Below, piece by piece: positions 47,100 through 59,134 of a DNA stretch of 64,000 bases. Position 1 is the stretch's first letter. Every line of letters begins with the position of its first letter. The stretch is from assembly GCA_026770705.1 (NCBI GenBank), contig JANJGN010000037.1, positions 496,001 to 560,000 on the forward strand, given 5' to 3'. The notes beneath the pieces were generated by a model. The model saw nothing but the letters and a program-made list of their open reading frames with translations. It did no database searches and was not told the DNA's origin. The DNA comes from Isurus oxyrinchus (Eukaryota). The translations under genes and the position numbers were made by a program.

Positions 47100-49790
47100 A
47101 TCATTGAATCACAGAACATAATGAGAACATTCGGCCCGTCTGGACTCGGCTGGCCGTCTGAACGAGTAGCTCACCTGCTGCCACTCCACACTCATTTCCC
47201 TGTAACACTGCTCATTTTTCTTTTCAGATCAAGATCAAATTCCCTTTTGAAAACCTCAATTGTCCCTGCCTCCAGCACACTCTCAGACATTGCATTCAAC
47301 ATCCTAAACACATGCTGCAAGAAAAACAATTCCTTATGTGGTAATTGCTTTTTTTGGAAATTAAATCTGTGTCCTCTTGTTCTGGCTCATTGCTTCAATG
47401 GAACAGTTAAACTGTATTTACTCTGTCCACACACCTCGTGATTTTGAATACCTCTATCAAATCTCCTCTCCATCTCCCTCTCTTCAAGACACACGTTCCC
47501 AACTTCTCCAATCATTCAATGTGAATTAATTCCTCATGCCTGGAATCTTGTGATTTTTTTCTGCAATCTCACTAATGCTTTCACATCCTTGTTCACTTGT
47601 GGTGCACAGGATTAGATACGAAACTCCAGCTGAGGCCGAAGCCGTGTTTTCTACAGGCTTCACATAACTTTATTGTTTTTGTACTACATGCTATATTGAT
47701 GAAGCCCATGACGTTGGCTGTTTTACTGGTCATTCTTTCAACCTGTCCTGTGATGATAAATGATTTATGCACATATAGAGCCACATCCCTCTGTTCCCGC
47801 AATCCCTTTAGAATTGTAACCTTCATTTCATGATGCCTCTCCCTGTTCTTCCTACAAAAACGAATGACACCAGGATACTCTGCAATAAATTTCACCTGGT
47901 AATTATCCGCCCATTCCATCAACATTTCTAAATCCCTTTGGAGTTCTACACTATCCTCCTCACAGTTCACAGTGCTTCTAACTTTTATATCATCGGCAAA
48001 TGTTGGAATTGTGAGCTCGCAACAAGATCTGGCTGATGAATTACAGGAAGGGCAGGGGCCCTGACACTGGATATAAGAAGTAGGAACAGCAGTAGACCAC
48101 ATGGCCCATTGTGCCTACCCTGCCAGTCGATGATGTCATGGTTGACCTTGGGCCTCAACTCTATTTTTCCATCAGTTCCTGATATCCCACAAGTCCCCGA
48201 GAGACCTGGGGAGCTCCATAAGATAACTTTCTCCAGTCTAAAATGCAACAGTTCACCACAAATCTTTGGTTCCCGTTACTCAGCTCATTTCGTATCAGTG
48301 CTGCTATTGTCCCTTCTATTCAATGAGCTCTAACTTTCCTCAGAAGTCTTTTGGCCATCACTTTATGCAATGCATTTTTCAAGTCCATTTTAATCACGTC
48401 AAGGGCTTCACCCTCATCAAAATCCTTTGCTGTCGCATCAAAAAAATCTAACTGAAGTTAAGTAACTCGATTTGTTCTTACCAAATTGTTAGGGAGTAGA
48501 GAGGTTTAACTAAGTTATACTGCTATTTGCAATTGTTAGGAATGAGTTTTAGCTTTAAAGTTTAAGTTTGATTTGTATTTCTGTATGTGTGTTAAGAAAG
48601 GTTAAATGCAGTCTTAGTTTCATTTTAAAAAGGTGCTTGCATTTCTAATCAGGTTTACGACTTAAGAATTTAAGCAAACACATCAGTAGAAGAATTGGGC
48701 TGTTGCCTAGCAACAGGGTGGCAGAGAGGCAGGTCCCTCCCACAGACACACACACAGGAGAGAAACTGCAGTTTTGATTTGGAAGCTGCGGACTCGGTTG
48801 GTTTTTGAAAGTTGCTGCCAAGAGAGACTGGAAAAGGGGGCAGATAGTTAGTCCCAAGCGAAAAAAAATGCCAAAATCCAGGGGCTGGAAGAGGGGAACG
48901 TCCAAAACAGACCTTCTGGTCAAAGGAAGGATGGGAACCTGGAACAGGTCCTGTTAATGAATTTAAGAGGAGGGGCAGAGGGAACGGCTTCAATCGTCGT
49001 GTGAAAGGTGGAGTGCAGTGAAACTGGTTGACTCACGGCTTGACAAGCTTCTGTGGGGAGTTGAAGAGAAATCCATAGCATCTGGTTATGGTGGTATCTG
49101 TCACTTGGTTTCAGGGTCTGGCCTGCCTTACCACAGAGCACCTATTGATACATGGATTGTGTAATTACTTTGGAAATTAAAGAATAAACTAGATTTTGCA
49201 ACTTGCGTTATCCTTACAAATTTGTCTCCACTTGTAAAGTTATAATTGAGGGTGAAAGAGTATTGTAGCATGGTTCATCTTTTCTCGTTGAATAAATGTT
49301 TTATTTATTTTTTTGCTAAAAGTTGATCAGCTGACTCCTGTGACTGTTCAGTAGCTAGTTTCCACGTATTTAAACAAACAAATAGAAGTTAGAATCTATC
49401 AAGCTGGGCTCCACTTTGGGTTGAGGATCGTCCCGGGGTAATCTCAGCTGGGACCATAACATAATCCATGCTGGTTTTACTTATTAATGTGCATTTTCCC
49501 GAGGTAATTTTCAAGTTGTCGGGAATTTTCCTTTCTGAAATGTAGCTCACCACCCAGGTTAAACTGGCTGCCTTGTTGTTTCTGGGCTTATCCTTAGATA
49601 TTTGTTTGAACAAGGATGTTACAATAGCAATTCTCCACTCCGCGGTCACCACCGCGAGTCTAAGGAATATTGAAAAATTGTGGCCAGCATCCCTGTAATT
49701 CCTGCTTTCCTCCCTCAGTATTCTGGATGCACCTCGTCTGTGTCTGGTACTAAATAACTTTAAGTCTGTATCAAATCCCTTCTCCTCAAA
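47100..49790 (-). mobile_element. Old CR1 fragments interrupted by a solo LTR
   Basis: FADDIKV..VNCEEDSVELQRDL on the minus strand; 3' UTR at ~47105. Confidence 0.75.
48487..49461 (+). mobile_element. Solo LTR (975 bp)
   Basis: TGTTA...TAACA termini, AATAAA at ~49291, flanks AAAT/TAAT; it splits the CR1 sequence caaat|ccatgctgg. Confidence 0.8.
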
Positions 49791-50213
49791 TTGTTTATTA
49801 CCTTTATACTAAAATATCGATCGAGGTGAAACGGCTCACTTTCTGCTCAGTACAATTCCTGGATTACAAACAAAATATTATCAAATCAAATTCACACTAT
49901 GGGGCGACCAGACCTGGCCGTCTCAGAGAAGTTTACAATTCTCTCAGAGAATACAACAGCTGAATGCTTTCATCCAGAAAATGGGGTTGTCTAAGTAGTA
50001 TGTTCGGGTAACATTACAGTGCGATCAAGTGGGCAATTGTTTTTTTTTTTCAATTGCCTTCATTTCCTTCATGTGTGTTTCATTGATGAGTTCTCTGCAA
50101 TGGTGGGTCCAGTTCCCAAACTTACCCCTGATATAAGCAAACCGCTCTACCTAGACCGCAATGAGTTTTAGGCAATGCACTGGGCGATTTACACGACAAA
50201 TAACAACACGTGA

Positions 50214-50300
50214 GAGCTCGCCTGAGATTTGAAAGAGACCGCTCACATTCTCACTTATGAAACGTCCCATAGCGAGAATCACACGGTGAGACCAATAATT
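50214..50300 (-). pseudogene. Decayed intron-containing tRNA-Pro(TGG) (intron ~50248-50265)
   Basis: TTGGTCTCACCGTGTGATTCTCGCTATGGG[ACGTTTCATAAGTGAGAA]TGTGAGCGGTCTCTTTCAAATCTCAGGCGAGCTC; shares its 3' flank with 50685. Confidence 0.75.
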
Positions 50301-50684
50301 TAACTGAATGTATATAACTCAGCCAATATAGACATTCATTTGCACCCAAAAGATATCAGCCATTCTTTCAGAGCGCTCTAGGTAAAAGAGAACATTGAAG
50401 AAATACACCAGGCAGTGTGTAGGCCAGGCAGTATCCATGGAGACGGCAAGAAATCTCAAGTTTCAGTTACACTCATTCTCTTCTTGGGATAAATTAACTC
50501 ATTCTCTTATGAGGATAAATTAACCGTCCGATTACATGAGCAACAGTTTCTTCATTTACTCAACGTGTTTTGCAGGAATAATTTCGTTATCAGGACTTCT
50601 CAGGTTCTAAAAACTCGCCCGGGTGTAAGTTAAACCCGCCTTTTCCCTCTTAAAAAAACATGCATCACAAGTGATAACACACGA

Positions 50685-50774
50685 GAGCTCGTCCAGGATT
50701 TGAACCCGGGACCTATCGCACGATCATTTTACGAAAACCCCGAAGCGAGAATCATACCTCTAGACCAACGAGCC
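50685..50774 (-). tRNA. tRNA-Pro(CGG) with 18-nt intron (50721-50738), possibly impaired
   Basis: Exon 1 GGCTCGTTGGTCTAGAGGTATGATTCTCGCTTCGGG, intron GTTTTCGTAAAATGATCG, exon 2 TGCGATAGGTCCCGGGTTCAAATCCTGGACGAGCTC. C27-T43 mismatch and two G-U pairs; T7 at 50652-50658. Confidence 0.82.
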
Positions 50775-50869
50775 TGCCACAGGTAAGTGAGATAACCGCT
50801 ATGTGCATTCATTGTCCTCCAGATTGCGTCAACCCTCCTTTGCGTTTCTGTCGTAACACCAGAAAACAA

Positions 50870-50955
50870 TTGAGAATTACGCCTCATGGCAGGCAGCAGC
50901 GTGGACAGTGAAAGAGTGTTCACGTTTCAGGTCGATGACATTTCATCAGAACTCA
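50870..50955 (-). mobile_element. Penelope tail fragment with hammerhead core
   Basis: Minus strand AGTT-CTGATGA-AATGTCATCGACCT-GAAA-C-GTG-AACA: canonical CUGAUGA core but degenerate cleavage triplet. Confidence 0.65.
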
Positions 50956-51429
50956 GCAATGCGAGATTTGTGATAAGTTTTAGACTAACTTTTGACACCG
51001 AGCTGGAACAGGAACTCCGCACCCACTCAGTCTGCCGGTGCGTGCGCCGTTCCTCCCACCGCTGACGTCCTCGTTGTTCACCCGTTGACGGTCGCCAACT
51101 TGCTGCCTCCCACTCACTCGCCTGCTCCCGAATGTCAGGTGCACAGACACCAAACCTTTCCCGCCTCGCTCGCTGCGCTACATGCCAACCCTTATGCCGC
51201 ACAGCTCGCTACCCGACTACCAAGCCGCTCACCTCCCACTCTGCACTTCCCTCCTGACCCATTTCGCCGCCCATCTCACCACAAGAACTGAGGAGATGGT
51301 GACATCAGAACAGCAAGTGAGGCGCTGAGGGGTAGGGAGCAGGCGGAGGAGCGGGAGGTTACTGAGGCGCCGAGCAGTACGGCAAGAGAGACGGTGAGCA
51401 CGACAGGGACAGCAGTGCCGAGAGAGGCA

Positions 51430-52410
51430 CACAAGAACAAGAACACGAAAATCAGGAGCAGTAACAGGCCATTCAGCCCCTCGAAGCTGCTCCAACATGG
51501 CTAATCTGAATGTGGCCTCAACTCCACTTTCCTGTCTGCCCCCCATAATTCTTTACTCATTCTTTTGTCAAATATATCTCCAACTCAGCCTTGAACATTT
51601 TCAATCACCCAGCCTCTCTGGGGAAGACAAATCTACAGATTAATGTCCCACTGAGAGAGAGAGAGAAAGAAAAAACAAATTACCTTCTGTCAGTCTGAAA
51701 TGGGAGAGCCCGATCATTTTAAACTGAGTCACCTGATTGTAGAGTCCTCCACAAAAGGAAACATAGTCTCAGCAGCCACCCTGTCAAGTCCCCTCAGGAT
51801 TTTATATCTTTCAATAAGATCACCTCCCATTATTCAAAACTCCAATGGGTATAGGTCCAACCTCTTTAACATTTCCTCAAAAGAAAACCCTTGCATTCCA
51901 GGAACCAGTCGACAGAATCTTCTCTGACCTGCTGTAATGCAATTATATGCTTTCTTAACTAAGGAGACTAAGACTGTCCACAGTCCACCAGATGCTGCCT
52001 CACCAACGCCCTGTATGACTTTGGGGAAACTTCCATAATTATAAACTTGATTCCTTCTGTAATAAACCCCAATGTTCCAGTCGCCTTATTAATCACTTGC
52101 TGCATCTCTAAACCAACTTTTTGAGGTTCATGAACCAGGACCCCCAGAACCCTCTGCACTGTAGGGTTCTGCAGCATTTCCCCATTCACATGATGTACTG
52201 CTTTTAAATTCTTCCTGCCAAAGTGGACAAGTTCACATTTCCCATGTTATTCTGCATCTGCCAATTATTGTCTACTAAGCCAACCAACCTAAATCGCTCT
52301 GCACACTCTATATGCCCTTTTACTACAGTGAAGCAGAAACAAAGGACCCGTTGAACAGTTCTGCGAGTTCCTTGTTTTCCATTATTAATTTTCCAGTCTC
52401 ACCATCTATA
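51430..52410 (-). mobile_element. CR1 3' fragment(s)
   Basis: caagaacacgaaaatcaggagcagtaacaggccattcagcccctcga tail; YRALVRQHL on the minus strand. Confidence 0.8.
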
Positions 52411-53099
52411 GGACCAACATGCACTTAAAGAAATATTTATAAACATTTATGGACTGAGTTCCGGATCGGGAGTGGTCCAGCGAGCGGAACACAGCAAAAA
52501 CATGGTTCACTTCGGGCTGAGTTTGTTCTGCACCATCTCCGCTACTGAAAGTGACTTGTAGCGTCACCGGATTTGACGTCACAGACACTGAAATTCCACG
52601 TGTGGAGCGCGTGATCTCTGCTGTTCCGGTGACAACAAACTCAACCAAAAGGTCTTTCCCATGTGGACCAATGTGAGAACATCCCGGGAAGTTTACATTT
52701 ACCCCTCCTGCCGTGGACGCTCCGCCAATGCCTCTGACTCTGATCTTGAGTCAGAAACTTGGGACAGATCCCAAACAATTAGCTTGCTAGATGCCCAGGA
52801 AAGGTTAAATAGTTTAACTTCTTGTCTATCATCTGGGTTATTGCGCAATCGAATCCTCAGTCGCCCCGAGCCGACCACCTGACCTCTCCGCGGATCTCCT
52901 GACTGGCTCCCAACCCGTATGTTGACGCGGTCAGGCACTTAAACCATCAGACCCACCTACGCACTCACTCACCAAACTCATTCACTCATCCAGCTATTTA
53001 ACTACACACGTCACTCACCTAAACATTCATTCAGTCACTAGCTCACCCAGTTAGTCATCTATTCGCTCCCGCACAGTCAATGACTCGATATTTAACCTA

Positions 53100-53600
53100 C
53101 CAGAATATGGTAGTTAATGTTGTAAAAAGGGGCCATGTACTTTAGTTCCATGAACCTGCCGCTGGGTTTAGATGTCCTACCACCTTCAATGATTTATCTC
53201 CATAAACACCCAAGTCCCACTGCTTCTCCACCTCCCTAAGAGTTGTACCCTTCACTTTATATTCTCTTTGCAAGTTCTTCCTCGCAAACCTCTCACCATT
53301 GAACTTCATCTGCCACCTGTCTCCCCATTTCCACCAACAGGTCCAAGTCCATTTCAAGTTCTACATTATCCTCCACACTCTCCACAATGCTTCCAAGTTT
53401 TGTATCCTCCGCAAACGTTGAAATGTTGTCCTGGGCACAAAGGTCTCGGTCATTGATATTTATCAGGAACAGCAAAGGTCCCAACCCTTCCGCCAGGCCG
53501 AAAAACATACATTTACCACCAACCTCTGTGTCCTGCCAATCAGCCAATTCTGTATCCTTGTCGCGTGGAAGCGGCTCTGCTCCTTTTGCCACCTGTTTCA
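53100..53600 (-). mobile_element. CR1 RT fragment
   Basis: LGPLLFLININDRD..ISTFAEDTKLGSIV. Confidence 0.75.
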
Positions 53601-53736
53601 CTCTTGGTGGCGAGTTTTCTTCTGTTAAGTGGTTCAGATTGGAAAGTGGGACGTGACTGGATTCAGCTGTACAGAGAGGGGTTGGTGACGGCAGTTTCCT
53701 TTCTCCGATGAACCAGTTGCTGATTTGCTTTTATCT

Positions 53737-53741
53737 AAAAA
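53737..53741 (-). terminator. Pol III terminator (T5) of tRNA-Arg(TCT)
   Basis: ATTTTT directly after the tRNA 3' end. Confidence 0.7.
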
Positions 53742-53742
53742 T

Positions 53743-53833
53743 CGACTCTGGTGGGACTCGAACCCACAACCTTTGAATTCCTTTTCCAACAGCAGCTAGA
53801 AGTCCAACACGCTATCCGTTGCGCCACAGAGCC
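53743..53833 (-). tRNA. tRNA-Arg(TCT) with 18-nt intron (53779-53796), intact
   Basis: GGCTCTGTGGCGCAACGGATAGCGTGTTGGACTTCTA[GCTGCTGTTGGAAAAGGA]ATTCAAAGGTTGTGGGTTCGAGTCCCACCAGAGTCG, the standard vertebrate intron-containing isotype. Confidence 0.95.
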
Positions 53834-54019
53834 CAGCACACATACAGCTCATTTCTTATTCTACATAAGGGAATTTCTGACATTGTAGAACAAAACGTTC
53901 AAACGGTCAGCAATTTCCTACATTTGAACAATGACGACATTTCAAGAGCACTCATTGCCTGTGAAGTGTTTTGGACGTCCTGTGGTTGTGAAAAGAGCGA
54001 TAGAAATTCGAGTGAAAGA

Positions 54020-55005
54020 GCAGTTTCCTTGAAAAGGACATATTCAAGCTGGAAAGTAGGGAGGCTGAATTGTTTTGCAGAGAAGGGTGAGGTGACTCAT
54101 TTTGGTCGGAAGAACACGGGGAGAAAAGAGAAAATAAAGTTCCAATTCCAAAGACGGTGCCGGAACAGCGGGAAATGATGTCCATCTGCTTAAATCATTG
54201 AAGGCGGCAGTGCAGGTTGAAATAATCATTCATGAAGCATACAACATCCTCGGCTTTATGAATGGGAGCATAGATTACAAGAGCAAAGCCGTTGTTTTGA
54301 ACTTGGAAAAGACAGTATTTCGGCCACAGCTGGAGTATTGCGCCCAGTTCCGGGCATCACACTTTCGGAAAGATGTGAAGGCATTGGAGAGGAAGCAGTA
54401 AAGTTTCACGAGAACATTTCGCGGCGAGGAACTTAAATTACCTCGATACATTGTAGCGGTAGGGGACTTTTACCTTGGAGACGAGGAATTTGAGAGGAGA
54501 TTTCTTAGAGTTCTTTGCAGTCCCGAGTCTTCTGGACAGAGGGTGGGTGATGATTTGGACATGGGCTGCTTCAGTATCGGAGGTGTTGAAAATGATGCTG
54601 AACACTGAGCAATCATTAGCGAACATTCCCAATTCTGCTGGAAGGAAGGTCAATGTTGAAGCAGCTGAAGATGGTTGGGCCTAGGACACTACATCGAGGA
54701 ACTCCCGCAGTGATGTCCTGGAACTGGGATGATTGATCTCCACAACCACAATCATCTTTCTTTGTGCTGGGTATGACTCCAACCAATAGAGAGCTCCCCG
54801 CCCCCCGTCCCACCACCAGCCCTGCCTCTCCCCAGCCCACCACCAGACCCGCCCTTTCCCCACCCCGCCACCCCACCACCACCGCCCCCCCCCCCCCCCC
54901 TTCGATTCTCATTGTCTCCAGTTTTGCTGGGGATCCATAATGTCACACAGTCAAATGCTGCCTTGATGTCAAGGGCAGTTACTCTCACCTCACCTCTGGA
55001 GTTCA
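54020..55005. mobile_element. CR1 fragment (+, 54020-54500) followed by a family-B LINE RT fragment (-, 54540-55005)
   Basis: RPQLEYCAQFRASH on plus; ALDIKAAFD and GVPRCSVLGPTIFSCF on minus. Confidence 0.75.
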
Positions 55006-56289
55006 GTTTGCGTTGGAGGACGAGCGGAATCAGGTTGTTTTGTTTGCCCACCCAAGCTGAATGTTGGGCTTGAGGTGGCGATCAGATTCGGAGGGGAGAG
55101 TGACAACGTCTCACTGAGTTTCAAGGTTGCAGATCAGACCTTGGCGGGATTGCTGCTATATTCCCAGGACGTGGTGATCTCATTCTTAGAGCAACACACT
55201 TACACTAAGGACAAGTTGCTCCATGTAAAATAAAATGGAGATGTGGGATGTCAGAATCTGTTCAACACTGATTCACTTTTATTCATTTCTGCATCCGAGA
55301 GTAACACAGTGGTTTGTAATTGTAAATAAATAAATACAATTCAGAAGATTCAGTCCAATACCTCCACAGTTTCCACTATTACAGCCCTCAGCATTTTCAG
55401 ATGCATTCCATCTGGTCCCACTGACTTATCAACATTTAGCACAGCCAGACCTTCTCGTATCTCTGCTTTAACACCAGTTATATGTTAAAGAAGTCATTTG
55501 CAAATTGCCAATGGAGGATTTGTGCCCTCTTATTGAAGAGGGTTTAAAGGAGAGGAGCGAAGCATTTGTGCTGAAGAAGTGGGATCAGTGAGAATAAAAG
55601 TAACAATAAGTGGAGTGAAGGGGGCGGGCTGTTCATGGGCTGACTGGAGAATTTCATTAGGATTTATTCATTGCAGATTGGAAGGTCATTTTTCCAAATC
55701 TTTAAGGAGATTAATGTTGAAAGAAGCCTGTCTTCATCTATAAGGAATCATTTGCTAAGTTATAAAAATAATATGGAGAGATAGGATTCAAAGAATTGGA
55801 CGGGTATCACGTTGTAATGTGGAAGCCCTTGGTGAGGGCTTGGGAAGACCTTAGGAAGAACACCAAGTCCTTGCAGAGGGTGCAGTGGAAATGGGATCAA
55901 TGGTGAGGGATTCCATATGTGGATGGGCTGAAAAATAAAAACTGGAGATGCTCTTATCAGAGAGAATTTTAAGGGGACATTTAGTACAGATATTTAAGAT
56001 TAGCCGATGTATTTAATATCAGCCCAGGATTTCATTTCTTATACACATTAAGCAATAGTTTTTCCATTGATGGACTGTTTGAAAACCAATGAGTAGATAA
56101 AATAAATAAATCATGAGGAAATGTTTCACACTGCTCCATTCCAAACAGTTCCTGACTTGACGTGATAGATTTTTTTCTGCTTACTAGAGCCGCATTTCCA
56201 ACATTACACACCTGGCTGCACTTTCAGAACCTTCTTGCCAACTCTTCATGGCTGGAATAAAGGATACAAGACCATGACTTAAAGGTAGG

Positions 56290-56362
56290 GTCGGCTCTGT
56301 GGGGATGTCAAGGTGAGGGATTGTGAAACCATTGTGCTTTTCACACGTGGGTTCGAATCAAG
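56290..56362 (+). pseudogene. tRNA-Ser relic (paralog of 9674)
   Basis: tcaaggtgagggattgtgaaaccattgtgcttttcacacgtgggttcgaatc keeps the Ser variable arm and the B-box; 3' acceptor strand lost. Confidence 0.6.
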
Positions 56363-56454
56363 TTATTGGATAGTTTTACTTAATTGCTTCTTCCTGTTTG
56401 AGTAGGTTTCACATAAGAAAGGCCTGGAATTGAATCGTTGTCAATGTCTCACTG

Positions 56455-57210
56455 GAGGTGACAAGTGGCAAGTAACAGTTGCGTCACACAAGTGTCAGGC
56501 AATAATCATCTCCAAAAAGTAAGAATCCAACTATTACCTTGATGTTCAATGGCATTACCATCATTGAATCCCCCACTATCAACATCCTGGGAGTTACCAT
56601 TGACAAGACACTGAACTGGAATAGCCATATAAATATAATGGCTGCAATAGCAGGTCAGAGGTGAGGAATCATAAGATGAGTAACTCACGTCCAGGCTCCC
56701 CAAAGCCTGTCCACCATCTACAAGGCACAAGTCAGGAGTGTAATTGAATGCTCCCCACTTGCCTGGATGAGTGCAGCTCCCACACCACCCAAGAAGCTTT
56801 ACAGCATCCAAGACAAAGCAGCTCGCATGATGTAGACCACATCCAAAAAAATTCACACCCTCCACCACCGACGCACAGTAGCAGCAGTGTGTACCATGTT
56901 CAAGGTGCACTGCAGGAACTCACCAAGGCTCCTTCGACAGCACCATCCAGACCTTGGACCACTACCAGCAGATAGATGGGAGCACAACCACATGGAAATT
57001 CCCCTTCAAGCCATGAATTGGAAATATATTGCTGTTCCTTCAATGTCGCTGGTAAAATACCTAGAACTCCCTTCCTGACAGCACTGTGGACATACCTACA
57101 CCACATGGACTGCAGAGGTTCAAGAAGGCAGGTCACCACCACATTCTCAAGGGCAATTAGGGATGGGCAATAATTGGTGTCCAAACCAGCGAAGCCAAAA
57201 TACATAGAAT
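56455..57210 (+). mobile_element. LINE family B 3' fragment
   Basis: Homologous to 31260-32030; absent from the paralogous position ~9850. Confidence 0.85.
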
Positions 57211-59134
57211 GATTTTTTTAATGGAATATTTCAGACTTGATCAAAATTGATACTGAACGATTACAGTTATTTACCTAGGTTTTGCTAGAATGATGAACAA
57301 AAAGGATTCAGGAAAGGGAGCAGGGCTTTTCCTTCACTTTCATTCTTCAGATTTACAGTGGCTGAAAGAGCAGCTGGAAAAGTTAATGGCGATGGAGTAG
57401 AAAAAAATAACATTGTCCTTGCGGAAAACATTTAGTTTGATATTTTCTTGATAAGATCAGTGAGTGAGCAAGTTTTCACAAATGAGCTTTAAAGTGAAGG
57501 GCCATCTAATTAAACCTATGAAAGATAGAATTGGTTGTTTATTTTTGTGGTGAGATTCTCGAAACTGTGGAGGAGCCGAGAGAGATGAACAGACATCATT
57601 AAAAGCTTGTGGATAGGAAGATAAAAATAATATCTAAGACTAATAGAATACGAAGTATTGGGAATCATATTACAGTTATATAAAACCCTGTTTAGTTCAA
57701 TGCGTTCTGTTCCTGACAACAGAACTGAGGGATGTTAGATTGGCCTTGGAGTGGGGGCAGCAGAATTTCATCAGAGTGATAACAGATTCAAATGACGAGG
57801 ACAGATTGTAAATAATAGTATTGTAATACTGTGAATATAAGAGACTAAGGGGTTATCCAACTGAAATGTTTACAGTGCTTGAATGAATTGACAGGGTAGA
57901 TAGAGAGAAACTGTTACCTCTGGCGTGACGGGAGTTGGGGGCCGGGGGTAGTGGTGGTGCACTCAACAAGGAGGCTTAACCTTTACATTAGAATGAAGCC
58001 TTCCAAAGGTAATTTCAGGAAGTACATCTTCACACAAAGGATGGTGGAAACTCCTTCCCCCAAACAACTGTAAAAGCTTGGGTCTACCGAAAATTTCCAA
58101 ACTGAAAATGATAGCTCTTGTTTGTTAAGTGTTTTAAGGATTACAAAACGAAGAGGGATAAATGGAGCAAAAAGACAGACCAGTCATGAGTTCAGTAAAT
58201 GGTAGGACAAACCTGGGGGAAGAATAATTTACTTTTGTTTCTCCACCCTGAATTCATAAAGAGAAACTAAGTCTGGAAGGAACTGAAATGAGGTGTCATC
58301 ACTTGTTGGTCCCATTATTCTCTCAACATTGACAATCTCTAGTGCTGAGCTACAATTCCATACACAGCTCGTCTCCCAGGAAATCCTGCAGGAAGAAAAT
58401 TATCCTCGCCAACCTGCGTTTCCCACATTTTACCAGCTGCCAATCCTTTGAACAGCATTTGGAAATTGAAATTGGTCTATTGCCTAACTTCCATGGTGAT
58501 TTTGGGAATAGTCAGCAGGGGAGCAGAATTAGAAAGCAGTTGTTTTTCTCTCTGTTAATATTGTCTCAATATCGACATGCCTCATTCATTGGATGGAGAA
58601 GTGAGCTTTTATTAATCCTGTAATGAAAAAACCTGTTCCATGTTACAAACATTTTCTGTGTTTTTTTTAAAATATCAGATGACAATTTCTCATTGAAACA
58701 CAGTAAACTGCTCCCAGGTACTTTCATGGGCGTGTGAAACAAGACAATTCCAATTTCCGCACATAATGAAGCCAAGCGGGAGGAGATACCTGTATCTCAA
58801 TGATCAGATATTGGAGTTGATGAAGAATGCTTTCTGAAGATCAGTTGTGTTCTTTTGGAAATCTGGAATGGGTATGGTTTCCTATATTAAACGTTGACCC
58901 TTCCATTAGTTCTTTACGTGCAGCTGTTTTTGGTCGTGTTATTGAGTCAGGGATGTTGGTCAGGGCAGCAAGAGAAATCACTGTGCTTCTTCAATAGCGC
59001 TGGGAAATCTTTCATCTCTTTAAAAACCTGCCACCAGTTATTGCTAGATTAGCCAGGAGTGGTACACCGAGGATATTCACTTATTGAAATCAATGCTTTA
59101 CACAGAAAGCATTAGTTCCTGTCAAGCAAGTATA

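Noticed and set aside
50085-50160. snRNA-like fragment (ACTTACC motif)
   Set aside because: Only a short motif match; no U1 stem-loops or Sm site in the right arrangement.
53779-53796. Arg-TCT intron as a novelty
   Set aside because: Arg-TCT introns are standard in vertebrates; used only as an internal positive control.
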